Both the position numbers and the translations under genes were made by a program. Source: Fistulifera solaris (lineage: Eukaryota). Taken from it: DNA of 64,000 bases. The notes under the pieces were generated by a model. It made no database searches. It was not told where the DNA came from and saw only the letters and a list, made by a program, of their open reading frames with translations. The DNA lies in assembly GCA_030295235.1 (NCBI GenBank), contig AP026169.1, positions 434,001 through 498,000 on the forward strand, given 5' to 3'. Of the stretch, positions 1-12,036 are shown piece by piece. Each line of letters starts with the position of its first letter. The stretch's first letter is position 1.

Positions 1-744
1 ATTGTGCAAGGACGACAGTGGAACGAGACGTTGCAGTTTGTGGAAAACGGGTCAATAATCAAGTTTGGCAATTGGAGGGACCATTCGGGCGGCCCAGTTC
101 GACACATTGGATACGGGGTACGATCGGATCTTGTGCAAGGTCTGGAGTCCATATTGGACCATGCTAGTGTCTGGGGAGTCGAGCGGTCGGTGGATCTTTC
201 CCATTTCTGGCCCTTACCGGAACCTAACGTTACAGGCAACAGGATGTATGAGCTGCGATTTGCAGTTAGTCAAGTCATTCATGACAAACTCTCCCCGACG
301 CAAACAGTATTTGTAGGAGTGACTGAACCAACCAACGAAACGGACCCTGCTACAGCCCAGCCATCCTACTTGCGTCAACTCTTGCAATCAAAGATTGTTG
401 TGGTTTCTCAAACCGATAGCTGGGAAGATAATTACCGCCTCATGGAAGCTCTTGTCTCGGGTGCTATGGTGATGACAGATCCTATGCTGACATTGCCCGT
501 CGAACTTCAAGAGGACGTTTCAGTCGTCTACTACCGCAACCTTGATGAGCTAGTGACAAAGGCTCAACATTATTTGAATCATGAAAACGAGAGGATAGCA
601 ATAGCCATGGCTGGATACAACGTTGCTATGAACCATCACCGGAGTTGGCATCTGGTCGAGCGAATGGTGTCAGAAGTGCGCGGAGTATTAACCGAGCGCA
701 AAGCGCTCAATTCGTTGGATGCTTTTGTTACTGCTTCGCTTTAA
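1..744 (+). CDS. GT-B glycosyltransferase C-terminal domain (Glyco_trans_1_2/CgeB-like), 5'-truncated by window edge
   Basis: Open frame from the window start. Motif YLRQLLQSKIVV...YRLMEALVSGAMVMTD...VVYYRNLDELVTKAQHYLNHENERIAIAMAGY is typical of this family. Stop at 744. Confidence 0.7.
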   Translation: MVQGRQWNETLQFVENGSIIKFGNWRDHSGGPVRHIGYGVRSDLVQGLESILDHASVWGVERSVDLSHFWPLPEPNVTGNRMYELRFAVSQVIHDKLSPTQTVFVGVTEPTNETDPATAQPSYLRQLLQSKIVVVSQTDSWEDNYRLMEALVSGAMVMTDPMLTLPVELQEDVSVVYYRNLDELVTKAQHYLNHENERIAIAMAGYNVAMNHHRSWHLVERMVSEVRGVLTERKALNSLDAFVTASL

Positions 745-1050
745 AGTGTTTTCTTTGCATTTTTGAAACTTAAAATCAAGCATTGGACACAGTAATACAA
801 TAAGGATGAACAAAAATATACTCGTACGTAGTAGTATAATGCTGAGGATGTCACGGAGAGATTTCGCATATTTTTATTTATGTCGCAACGCGAATGAAGA
901 CGTTTCGCTGTAGCGTTCCAAGTGGAACGTTTCGACGATGACAACGACAACCGCTCGCATACATTGCGCTGACACAAAAGCCGATGCACTATTATTCTTA
1001 TTCGACCGACAAAGAGCGGTGAATAAGTGCAAAAGAAAAGTCGTCAGGAT

Positions 1051-1907
1051 ATGAAGAGGTCAATAAACTGTTGCGTCTTGATTGTAGCGAGTCTCTTGGT
1101 ATCGAGCTCTGCTTTTTCGACGCCGCAACGTCCTATCGGCGCGTTTTCCGCACAGCAAACACGTCGTTCGCATCTCTTTGCCAAACAATACACAAAAGAG
1201 CGTCCAAAACTATTCTCTCGTGTCTCGAAATCGTTCCGGCGGAGATGCAAACTGACGGGGGCTTCACTGTTGTTCGCGGCGAGTGTCTTTTGGCTCCACC
1301 CAAACCGGCTCACGCATCGGTAGCACCATCAGTCGTGTTGGAGAGTATCTTGGAAAAGACTTCGCCCTCTTTGGATACCATCATTGATCGTTATGTGAAG
1401 GAACACATGTTCAACGACGATACCTATGATCCCATCGAATCGGCCTACCGCGAAGCGTACGATGATGCGGTCCACGGGACGTATCCCCAAGCGTTGCGCG
1501 AAGTCACCGGAGTCGGCGCCGCATCCATGGAAACGACGACGAGCAATAATCCTGTATCCAACTGGTTATCCAAGATCGATCTAAGTGCCTTAGTGACGTC
1601 CATGTTGACTTTCATTCAAAACAAATTGCAGTTGAATGAAACTTCCGCCATTATGGTATTGGCGGCCATTTTTGTGGTGGGTGGACCGTTCGCCTTTTTG
1701 TTCACGGGTATGGTGATTGGTGGCATGTCCAAACGAAACATGAATCGTTTGATGAAGAAGCGTTACGGAGACTCGTACACGTTAGACGCCACCATGAAAA
1801 CGGAAGAGACGATCGAGGCACCCGACGACGATGACGATGAGGAGGATGGAGACGGCGAGAATGACAGCGCAAACGACGACGACGATGATGATGACGACGA
1901 CGAATAA
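1051..1907 (+). CDS. Predicted plastid (probably thylakoid) membrane protein of unknown function, acidic C-tail; one frameshift ~1290
   Basis: ATG 1051 gives signal peptide + SSAF cleavage motif, then RRR-hydrophobic-AHA. Joins ORF 1071..1907 after a 1-nt shift near a T-run. C-terminal TM segment AIMVLAAIFVVGGPFAFLFTGMVIGG and D/E tail. Confidence 0.7.
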
Positions 1908-2081
1908 GAAAATAATTTGCTATGTTTGAAACAAAACAAATGGAACGCTGTGTTATTGGATGATCAAAGAATGAATAATGTATGCATTTACGATGATAAT
2001 AAAAATAGTGAAAAACAAGGCAAAGCCCCCATCCATGGCGCGCTTGTAGACTAGCCTGTAGAATATCTAATCAGCGGACCA

Positions 2082-3222
2082 TCATTCAAGACCCGCAGCT
2101 TTTTCAAATTCTTCATCAACTCATCGACATCTGATTTCGAATTCTTGGTATATCGACCTTCTGTGAAGAAAGGCCCAGCCAGATGCTTAGGCTGCGTCTT
2201 TCGGTCCAAATAGAATTCTCCGCTTTGGATATTTTCTCGTTTGGTACCCACGAGCCAGGTGACACCTTCAGCTCCTTGCCAGGGTTCTCGCAGGGGATGC
2301 AAATACTTTTTTTGGTCACCGAACGCTTCGTCGACGGCCGGGGTATCGGACCAACCGGGATGGACGGTTACCCATTGCACTTTGGGCTCGGTCTCTTTCA
2401 AGCGTTCTGCCAAAAGGACTTGGGCACGTTTCGCGTACGCATACACATTGACTCCATTGTACTTCTCACCGGGTGCACTGGTAAGAACATTCCACGACGG
2501 TAACTTGAAATTGTACATGCCACCGGATGTGACAAAGATGCACCGTCCTTGGGCTGCCTTGAGCTGTGGTAACAACAATTGACTCAGCAAGTAGCTTCCT
2601 CCCAATAAATGACTCGCAAAAGTTGCTTCATTGCCTTCGCTGGTTTCTTTTCGTTCGTTCAACAAAACCCCTGCATTGCAAACCAAAGCATCGACTTTCG
2701 ATTCTTGTTTTTGTAATTGCTGAACCGCTTGTCGAACTTGTTGAAGCTCCGCAACATCGACCAATACAATGTGCAAACGATCTCGCAGTGATGATAATGA
2801 TGATGATGACGAAGAAGAAGAAGGCGACGAGTCGTACGTTGCAATGTGTTGAATCATATCTTCCTTGGCTGCTACGGCACGTTCCTGACTCCGACACAAC
2901 ATATAAACTTTGGCTCCTTTGGCAGCCGCGTACGTGGCAATTTCTTTCCCGAGACCGGAATTGGCGCCCGTCACGACGACGACTTTTTCCGTCAAATCGG
3001 TACCATCGGCATCGGCGTGGTGTAACGGAATGGCTGCTGCTTTCTGCACGGGGTCTTTATAATCCTGAATGTGTCGAAGATAGCCCGTTCTTGGGGAAAC
3101 AAAGAATGAGTCAATCGATGAAATAGAATACGACACGTCGATACACTCATTCGCTGCACGTACTGCGTAAAATGCTTCTTTCCGTAAAGAAAGAATTGCG
3201 TGGAAGAGATTGATTGACCCAT
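2082..3222 (-). CDS. Short-chain dehydrogenase/reductase, DHRS12-like
   Basis: Exon 1 3222-3164 (MGQSISSTQFFLYGKKHFTQ), GT-AG intron 3163-3090. Motifs TGANSGLG, NAG, YAYAK, HPGWSDTP. True end probably LKKAAGLE* (TGA 2084-2082) after a homopolymer slip; the uncorrected ORF ends at 2051. Confidence 0.85.
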
Positions 3223-3457
3223 ATTTATAATACAAGAACAAACGACGAAGGAATGAAAAAGGAAAAGTAAGTTGGCGAAAATTTTTGACGGCTTTGCAGT
3301 AAACGGATCCGAGAGGTTCTGGATCAAGAACATGAATAAACACAGAGATGCATTTTGATTCTTTATACGGAGTAGTAACGACTTGCTATTTTCCGAACGC
3401 GCTGGAACAAAAATGGTGCTCGATCCGTCTTCGTTATTCATCGTCATCAATTAAAGG

Positions 3458-3481
3458 AGTGACTCAGTGAGCTGAGTCACT
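3458..3481. promoter_or_regulatory. Perfect 10-bp inverted repeat carrying two TGACTCA (AP-1/bZIP-type) sites in the SDR/hemD divergent promoter
   Basis: AGTGACTCAG-tgag-CTGAGTCACT seen directly; function is inferred. Confidence 0.4.
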
Positions 3482-3773
3482 AAAGTGAAAAGTCAGTCGT
3501 ATTTCCACTTGATATCGTACCGGTACCAGACCTGGCGTTCAACCTTGGTCAGACGTCCGACGCATGGTCGATCGTTGAAGTCGCGATGGATCGCGTATTA
3601 CTTGTAAGTCCTTTCCTAGAGAGAGTACCTGGTACCGCTTGTTTCATTTCATTTTTTTCTTCACAATCCTAACGAAACACAAAAGTGAAGGGCGTTCAGT
3701 TTATAAATTCTTTAGATTCTTTAATTGACGCCTCGGTTTTCTTTAATCAAGTGACAAACAGAACGCGCCTACG

Positions 3774-4663
3774 ATGCATGCTTTATCCCGCACGATTCTT
3801 TGTTTGTGGGGGACATTCCACATTGCCGAGTCGTGGATGATTCTACCGACAACACATCATCATCAAGCCACATTACTGTTTAGTAGTAGTTCCCAAGCAT
3901 CCGAACAGCCCATTGTGGTAGCGGCGACACGGGAACAAGGAAAGAATGAACAATTAATGAAAGGTATACGCGCCATTCATTTGAATCCGGTCGAATTGCC
4001 GTGCATTGCCCATGCCGACGGACCGGATTTTTCCTCGTTACAAGAAACGTTAGAAACCAATCCGTGGGATTATGTTACAATTACATCTCCGGAAGCGGCT
4101 CGGGTACTGTCGAGTGCGTGGCAACACTGCACGTGGCAAACGACGCCGCCTCCCGCCGTCGTGGCGGTGGGAAAAGCCACGGAAGATGCGTTACAAGCCT
4201 CCGGCATTACGGTAACCTTTGTCCCTCCAAAGCCACGGCCGAAGTCCTCGTCCAAGAACTTCCTCTACCATCGTCGCAACAACCCCGGGTCTTGTACCCG
4301 GCCTCGGTCCGTGCTCAAACCACGTTACAAGATGGACTCACACAACGTGGATTCACGGTCGTGCGCCTCAATACGTACGACACTGTCACGGCCCAATGGA
4401 ACGAACACGAAACGAACATGGCGGCTCAAGTGCAGATTGCTTGCTTTGCGAGTCCGTCGGCCGTGAAAGGGTGGTTACTCAATACGGAGAACAATCACCA
4501 AGTGTTGGCGGCGTGTATTGGTGAAACCAGTGCCAAAGCCTGTCGAGAACGAGGGTGGAACGAGGAACATATCTTTTATCCCGATAAGCCCGGAATGGAA
4601 GGTTGGGTAGATGCGGTGGCCGAAGCCGCTGCATCGTTGGCTACGACACAGCAAACGCGATAG
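3774..4663 (+). CDS. hemD: Uroporphyrinogen-III synthase, plastid-targeted; frameshift ~4222
   Basis: Signal peptide + AESW. Motifs TREQGKN, ELPCI, ITSPEAA, AVGKATEDAL, YPASVRA, RLNTYDTV, FASPSAV, ACIGETSA across ORFs 3774 and 4001. Confidence 0.9.
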
Positions 4664-4788
4664 TTTCGAGTTGAATCCATAAGAAAATAAGCACCGCTTT
4701 CATAGAAAAAAAGATTGTGAAGTCAATTCGCCTTTCCAATGTACACTTTAACGATTTGCATAGTTATCCTTGGTCGAATGCTTTTCGA

Positions 4789-6068
4789 CTAATAATGAGA
4801 TTCGACATGTTTTAAAAATCGAGATAATTCGCACTGTGCCCATGACGGAGGTGATATCCCATTTTTCCGCAATCTTTCATCCTCGGCTGTCTCTACTTGA
4901 TGGAAGGAGTATCCCAGATGTCCACCATGTTCCGTTCGAACCATTTTGATGGGTGCTGCTCCACCATGCTCCCTTGTTTTTCGATGGGCCACACGACTGG
5001 ATCAAAGAACGGATCATCCTTCGCTCCCAGTAGTAATGTTGGGATACAGATCTTGTCCAAGTAGTGAATACAAGACGTTTGCCGGTAATAGTCCCAACAA
5101 TCTTCGAAGCCGTTGACGCCTCGATGGAATGCATCGTCAAATTCGGTGACAGTTTGGGCCGCCATGGTCCGTCGAAAGTCAAACATGTCCGTGTCTTCGT
5201 CACCGTCACACAAAATTTCCCACATTCTCTGCGTTCGCTTTTTGAGTTGTTTCAACAGATTGCCGGTGTAAATCACTCGATTAATTCCTGGTCGCGCCAG
5301 AAATTCCGCGTTGCGATTTTGATCCAGAGGAGGACAGAGCGCAGCTGCTCCGCGGATATTGTAATCCAGTGCGGCTTGTTCGCCCATTTCACCCAAAGCT
5401 TTCAATACAACGTTTGCTCCCATGGAGAAACCCGCTAAATAAAGAGGTGTCGCACTATTCTGTTTCGTCAATCGCGCCACATATTGATGCAGATCATCCG
5501 TAAAGCCCAAATGATAACCACTGAGTTTATTGTTGGGTGTACCCGAACATCCTCTAAAATTGAGACAAATGGCATGCATACCGATATCATTGAATGCTTG
5601 CGCCATTTCCTGAGTAAGCATGGACTCCGAACTGGATTCCAGTCCGTGGAAGATCAATACCGTGGGAGCATCGACACGGCTCACCCATCGACTATCGGCA
5701 TGAAACCAATCACCGTCCAGTGTCTCGATTCGCTCTCGGTGATGCCAGAATTGTGTAGAAGCTTTTGGTCGATAAATTTTGTCAACAATTGCGGCAGCTA
5801 TGTGCTGCGCGGCTTCGAAATCACCCGGGGGGAGGTAGGCACAGTTTTCTTTGAGTAGGAAGCCTCCAATGGTTTGCACATGTTGATTTTTCAACCAGGG
5901 TCGGAATTCGCTGGGTTGAAACGAATTCGCGATCGTCGCTGCTTGCTTTTGCAGGGAGGAAAGATTCTGGGTTATGCTGCTGCTACTCAAAGCGTTCCCT
6001 GGAGGGAGGAGACCTACGAGATAATAGCAAAGAAGAATGAAACGAAGTCGATGGCATCGATGGTCCAT
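4789..6068 (-). CDS. Alpha/beta-hydrolase, YheT/ABHD1-3 family; frameshift ~4965
   Basis: NQHVQTI, HGLESSS, NFRGCSG, GFSMG nucleophile elbow, EFDD, AKDDPF. The catalytic His motif HGGHLG lies in ORF 4789..4992. N-terminal signal peptide. Confidence 0.88.
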
Positions 6069-6683
6069 ACTCTTGTGTGTCTTTTCTTGTTAACCTTGCT
6101 CTGTAGTAGTTTGAATCCTTCCTCTCTAGAGAGTTCCACGCGAAACCATTGGGGGTGTAACATTGAGGCGACTTTTTCTCTCAAGAAGAAATACCTTGAA
6201 TTGTGAGTTGTCGCAATATTTTCAAAGAAAATGGTCGTCGTCATCGGCAATTTGCAACGTCCGCAGAACCAGTAAGGTTAGAAGTATTTTAGCGGCTAGG
6301 TTCTTTCAAAACCCTTGGTTTTAAAAAGCAATCTCGGACGACCAAGCGCTTCAAAGCTAGGGACACTCTATCAGCTACCGGTATCATTTTCATTTAGTCT
6401 GTCGAGTAATCTATAGGAGGCATAGTTATTTGATAACCCGGCTTTCGATGAGTGGTGTTTTTAAATTCATCGAGCAAATCACCGGCGCAACTAGAGTGGA
6501 GCTCCCGCTAGATTGCGGGACAATGTACAATGATGTTCACTAATGCATAATCTAATTTACATGACTAATATATGGAGATGTAACCCACTTCAAAGAGGCC
6601 TGTGGAAACACATCATCTCGCGCCGGCCGTGAGACTCTTTCTCTTCTGATCGTGTTCCCATCCCCGAAAGCGTCAAGATCGAA

Positions 6684-7224
6684 TAGCAAACACCTCAAAA
6701 ACTCATACTTCGAGGTCTTGTTTCGGCAGGATCCACATCCATAGCATCCGTCTCGGAACTCAGAAACCCTTCCAGTTTGCTCCCCGATAACTGTTTCCGT
6801 AAATGAATCCGACGATTTCCTTCACCTCCGGTCCACGGTAAAGTTGAAACATCGCCCCCACCAAGGATCCCATGGTACTCGTGAATGTGGTGGGTATTTT
6901 TCTTGGTGCAATGTAATCGTTGGGTCTTACTTTCTTTTGTAAGTATGATGAGTTGGTCGCCTCGGTGCTACAACTGTACAGATCGTCCGATTCGGTGCGT
7001 GTTCGTTTGCTGTCGACCAAAGAAAAGAGTGGATTGTGCGGAGGAACTGCCGACGGTGTTATCATACATTCAGAAATGGCTTGAAACGCCACGTTACTGT
7101 TCACAGCTACGGACGAGCTGCTGGCTGGTGTAACCGCGAAGGGACGTTTATCCTGTTCGTTCGATGTCATGGGGAGCAGCATGAAAACTCTGTTCTTCCT
7201 TGCTGGCGCGGAACAAACTTGCAT
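6684..7224 (-). CDS. Hypothetical low-complexity protein; probable frameshift ~6897
   Basis: ORF 6760..7224 plus a shifted continuation ending ...LRKQLSGSKLEGFLSSETDAMDVDPAETRPRSMSF*. Start uncertain, no recognisable domain. Confidence 0.4.
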
Positions 7225-7854
7225 AGACGAATAGACGAATAGGGATACTGGAGATTGAACGAAGTCTTCAATCGATTCGAATAGAAGGTGTTGCGTCCCC
7301 TCTGCTATAGGCGCGGCTGTTTGTGTGTCATGTTACCGGGTAAAACATACCAGTAATCCGCCTCACTTTCCGGATTCTTTACCCCTTTCACTGGCGATTT
7401 CCGAGGACTCCAAAATCCAAATCTTGGAAAACGAAAGGCCCTCCTTACACTCTATCGTATATTCCTTTTACCTAAAGTACATTTTTGTATAGATCCATCC
7501 GTGATCCGTGATAGCGAAGTGTAAAGTGACGGCGCAATATGTAGCCTTCGAGTAGAGGGAAAGCTATAACCTTAGATGGAGAGAAAAATGCTTACGTCAC
7601 AGTACGGTACATCAGTCTGCGTTCTAAACTTAAACCTTAATAGATAGAGACGCAATAATAACGCATCGTCGTCGTCTTGCCGTCAAATCAAATCATCATC
7701 GAGTTACCGCTCACGATAGGTAACTCTCCTTTGTCTTCTGCATTCGCTATCAAATTCCGTTGGCACTCGCTTAGTGGATCATTGCGGGCGTCGACGAAGG
7801 AAAATGAATTGATTATCGACGTCACGGAGGTCGGTCACAACTTCGAGCCGTAGG

Positions 7855-9283
7855 ATGAAGCTAGCTTGCACATTGATTCTCTCTCTCATACATTGGGGGA
7901 CACTGCGCGAAGAAATTTTTTCCAAGCGGAGATCGATGCATCATGTTATTTCTTCTGAAAATAATAGTATGGAAGATGATAATTACTTCTTCGGAGCGAT
8001 CTCGGACGCCGAGGCTTTGTTGGCCTGTCACGCTTTTCTGAGGCGTAAGAAGCGCCTCGAATGGACGGGTGCGGTGGAACGTCGGCGACAACAAGAGCAA
8101 GCCATTGCTGCGGCAGACGAAGGTCCGCTGTCCGGTCTTCGACCAGCGGGGTTTTTCTGGGAGGATCGCTCGCAACTACCTCATATGGGTCTCTCGGATG
8201 ATTTATATCGAGAACAGGACATTATTGAAAGAAGCAGTGACTGGGTGAAAGAAAAGAAAAAGTACTACAATATCCTCAGTGGATGATTGGGCCCTTGTGG
8301 AGGACGAAGATGAGCTGGAAGAACCACTTTCCACTTGGGAAAGCGTAATCGCCCCGGATGAAACGAGTCGTTTTTCACTTCCCATTGACGACGAGGACGA
8401 AGAAACAAGTTTCGTCGTGGATGATTTTTCCGCAATAGATTACGTCCCTTCGACTTCACATACACGTCGTTCACAGGCGGCATTGCGCCGGTGGTCTGAT
8501 CCTGCTTGGAAGGAAAAATGGTGGAATAGCCGTTGGGGTGATAAGAAACCAACTCTTCCTTCTGAGAAGCAGAAACTCAACAATTCTCGTCAAAGGCGAA
8601 CCGAAATAAGAGTCAGAAAACTGAATCCCGACGAACTCTTGGCAAGTCCTGAAATGGCTGAACTATCGCCGGACGAAATTGCCGAAGCTATACGGACGTA
8701 CCGGCTGGCCAAGCTGAAGCGATCGCGGTCGCGACGAAAATTTCTCGATCGAAGAATTGATGATGTGACCAAGATCTATTCTAAATCTTTTGAAGATGAC
8801 AGTTCCTCACCAATACCAAGGGACTATTTCGCACAAATTGATGAAAATAAGTTGCGAGAAATTCAGCAAAAACGGTCGGAACGCGCTAGAGAAATATATA
8901 AAAAACGCCTGGAGAATGATCCGGATGCCCGTACGAATGGCGTTCAAGGAAGGAGCAGATCATTTGAGTTTGTTTTTCCGGACGAATCTCTTCCAGTGGC
9001 AACCACTCCTAAAGAAGCCCTCAGTAAAATCAACGCATCCCTGGACGCCTATCGCTATCCGTCAATTCACGATGTTGCACTCTTATTATCTTCCAGTCGA
9101 CTGGCGAAACGGAAAGAAACGCTTGTTCGTATTCTTCGGGACTGCTTCGGCTTGCGGGGGAAATGCGTTCCGTCCATAAAAGCGGGGAATGAAAGAAAGA
9201 TGCTTTTTGTTACCGATTGTCCTATCGACGTGCTGGGAGCATATGTGCTACAAAAGCTGGAAGATAATCATTGTCAAAGGTAG
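7855..9283 (+). CDS. Hypothetical protein (basic helical, RRWSDPAWKEKW motif); frameshift ~8250, start uncertain
   Basis: Consecutive ORFs 7855..8286 and 8279..9283 with protein-like composition, separated near an A-run. Confidence 0.6.
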
Positions 9284-9398
9284 CAAGTTTTCTGACATCT
9301 CAAGCAATCTGCCGTGTTCTTAGAGCATAGCTGCTGAGTAAAAGGAACCATGACCTACATAGTTCACAAACTTATTATACAATTTTATTTTTGCTGGT

Positions 9399-10296
9399 CT
9401 AAGCTGCTGCACTAGCCACAAGCAGCACTTGTCGCTGTTTTTGAATTTCGGCTGTTTTCTTTATTTTGTAGTCCATAACTTTCTCCCATTTGTTGCGAGC
9501 GGTCTTGTAAAGATCCATGGCAGCCACGGCATCTTCGTACGGACTATGTGGTGCTCCAGGCACTTGTATTTCTCGTGACAGCTTTTCGCTGGCCAAGTCT
9601 CGCAACCGACGAGGCCACAAAACACCATCGTCAAAACGAGTCTTCATGAATGGTTCATATTTTGCCGTATCTCGGGTAGCCTGCCAGTCGTGACTGATGC
9701 CAAGGGCGTGTAGATCATTCTTCAGAGCATGACCCACGAGAATTTTACCCTTCAAGTGATCCTGAACGAGTTTTCGACAGCTCTCCAAATCAATAGCATC
9801 ATGATGCACATAATCATTGGCAGTGATCCCGGAGACAAATGTTCGGTAGTCAGTTATTTCTCGGTCGGGGTTCACATATCGGTCGAATACAATATTTCCA
9901 TCCCAATCCACTATTGTGACCCTGGCCACAGCCGACTGGTTACCATTTTCTCCTACACCAACCATCTCACAGTCCAAGGCCACGTAACGCGACTTCTCTT
10001 CCAGAGATATCTCGGGGTGTCCTTTTCGATTCTCATTTTGCCCTTCAAAGAACGCGACGAGGGTTGAGAACGACCACTCGACGAACCGCTGCTATCCGAT
10101 TCAATCGATAGGTCCCCGCTCGAGTTCTTGCGAGGTCGCCGATTGCGATTGCGTTTTCTGGCAGGACTACTCTTCTTATTTGTCACATTCTGGAAAAGAA
10201 TTCGTGTCAGATGTTGTCATTTTCTTTGAAGGATAGCGAATGGGCGTCTAATGCCGTCTTGTGTCGTACCTCGTTCTCTTCTTTGGGGGCTGCCAT
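9399..10296 (-). CDS. REX4: RNA exonuclease 4 (DEDDh 3'-5' exonuclease); intron 10190-10269, frameshift ~9990
   Basis: ALDCEMVGVG, DYRTFVSGI, ILVGHALKNDL, RDTAKY, HSPYEDAVAAMDLY; basic N-terminus. Confidence 0.88.
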
Positions 10297-11169
10297 GGCT
10301 AAATGTATTGGTTTTAAAATCTATTTTGTTTTATCGTTTGCTTTCTGAACGATTTTGTGAGCTTTGGAATAGGAATTGACGCAAAAGAATAATTTGAAAT
10401 GACAGTCTTTGTTGGCTGGCAGATTGGTTGGTGATGATGTGTAGGGACTGATGTTGGCAGACTGATCTCGTGGAATTCTGATGTCACACGTCACAAGAAA
10501 GATCGAAGATACCACTTACAATCAATCGTATAGTGAAAACGTCCAACGAAAGCGGTTTTTTCAGTCCCGGTCTCGGTCGGCAGAACGGAAAATTGAGAAG
10601 CCGGAGGAAGGTTTCGCCTTTTTCAACAAGTACTTATTCGAATACCGAGCGGTAAATCTCTATTATATGCGAAATGTCGAATAAGAAAACGGAATGTATT
10701 CCATGGAACACGGAACACATAGTTCGGAAATTCGTTGAACTGAGGCGTCAGTGCGACAGCTGAAATTCAACCGTGGCACTGATTCTTACCGCTAAGACAC
10801 AATTACCTATAAGCGAAACAACTAAACTTTGGTCGTATACCGAACGACACATTTCACTTTTTTTGCTTAAGCTCTAGGATGATCATTTATATTCACACAA
10901 GTTTAATGTGTACCAAGGCATTCTGAAAACTTGTGGTCTTTTGAAAGTCATTTCAAGGTTGCTCACGAGAATTGTTTAGACGGCCTAAAACTTCGACTAT
11001 GGCTCATTCAGTGGCTTCGTATCTTGGCAAGTCTCCGACCGGCTGACCGGTCATCACTAATTGTGTCGATGCTCAAAACAATGAAGATCTGTACCTCATT
11101 CTGTCTTCGATCTCGAGGAAACACCACAAACTTGTATCCATTCAACAATAATATAACAACGCCGCCAAG

Positions 11170-12036
11170 ATGGATTTTATGTTCTTTGTAAACAAAAACA
11201 AGGAGAAGGAGGCGGTCAAAGCCAAGGAGCGCGAGGAGAAGGCAAAGCTTAAAGACGTCTCTATCACAGAAACGGCCGAAACGAATGTCCGTAAGGAGCA
11301 ATGGAACCGTGAATTAGGTGCCAAGGCCACCGTCCGTGATACAATCGCCAATCTTAAAGACGTTCAGATCACCGAAACGGCCGAAACAAACGTTCGCAAG
11401 GAGCAGTGGACTCGAGAGTTGGATGCCAAGGCTCTCGCCCGTGACACCAAAGCCAACCTCAAGGACGTTCAGATCACCGAAACGGCCGAAACAAATGTGC
11501 GCAAGGAACAATGGACCCGAGAGTTAGATGCCAAGGCTCTCGCCCGTGACACCAAAGCCAACCTCAAGGACGTTCAGATCACCGAAACTGCCGAGTTGGA
11601 AATCAGAAAGCAGCAACACGAACAAGTAAGTCTTGAGCGTTGTATCGGGGCAGACGACGTGTGCAGTGTCTGTTGAAGCCGAAGATGCTTTCTCCTCTTT
11701 ACTGTATGATTCACTAAATCTCTTTCTCTCTCTCTCTCTCTCTTGTTCTTTTATGCTACGCTCAGGCCAAGAACTGGGTGGCCACAGGACGAGATACCAA
11801 GGCAAACCTCAAGGACGTCAACATGGCGACGGCCGTCATCGAAACTCGAAATCCGCAAGGAACAGCATGAACGAGTAAGTTGCATGATGTACTATAGTGC
11901 CAGAACTTCTTCGGGCTGACAATTTCTGACCTGATATCTGACCAATTCTCTTTAGGAAAAAGCTGCGAAGCAAGTTGCCAGAGACACCATCAAAAAGAAC
12001 GAGGATGTCAATATGGCGAAAGCTGTATTCGGCTAA
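11170..12036 (+). CDS. 35-aa tandem-repeat protein (LKDVQITETAE repeat), 3 exons
   Basis: ATG 11170; introns 11626-~11766 and 11875-11956. The last exon EKAAKQVARDTIKKNEDVNMAKAVFG* continues the repeat pattern. The middle exon has indels. Confidence 0.75.
11242..11625 (+). repeat. Coding tandem repeat, 105-bp unit, ~3.7 copies (further degenerate copies in exons 2-3)
   Basis: Unit NLKDVQITETAETNVRKEQWTRELDAKALARDTKA; copies differ mostly at synonymous positions. Confidence 0.9.

Noticed and set aside
11242..11625. 105-bp repeats as a CRISPR array or satellite
   Set aside because: No unique spacers; the unit is a multiple of 3 in an open frame with synonymous variation; eukaryotic context with no cas genes.
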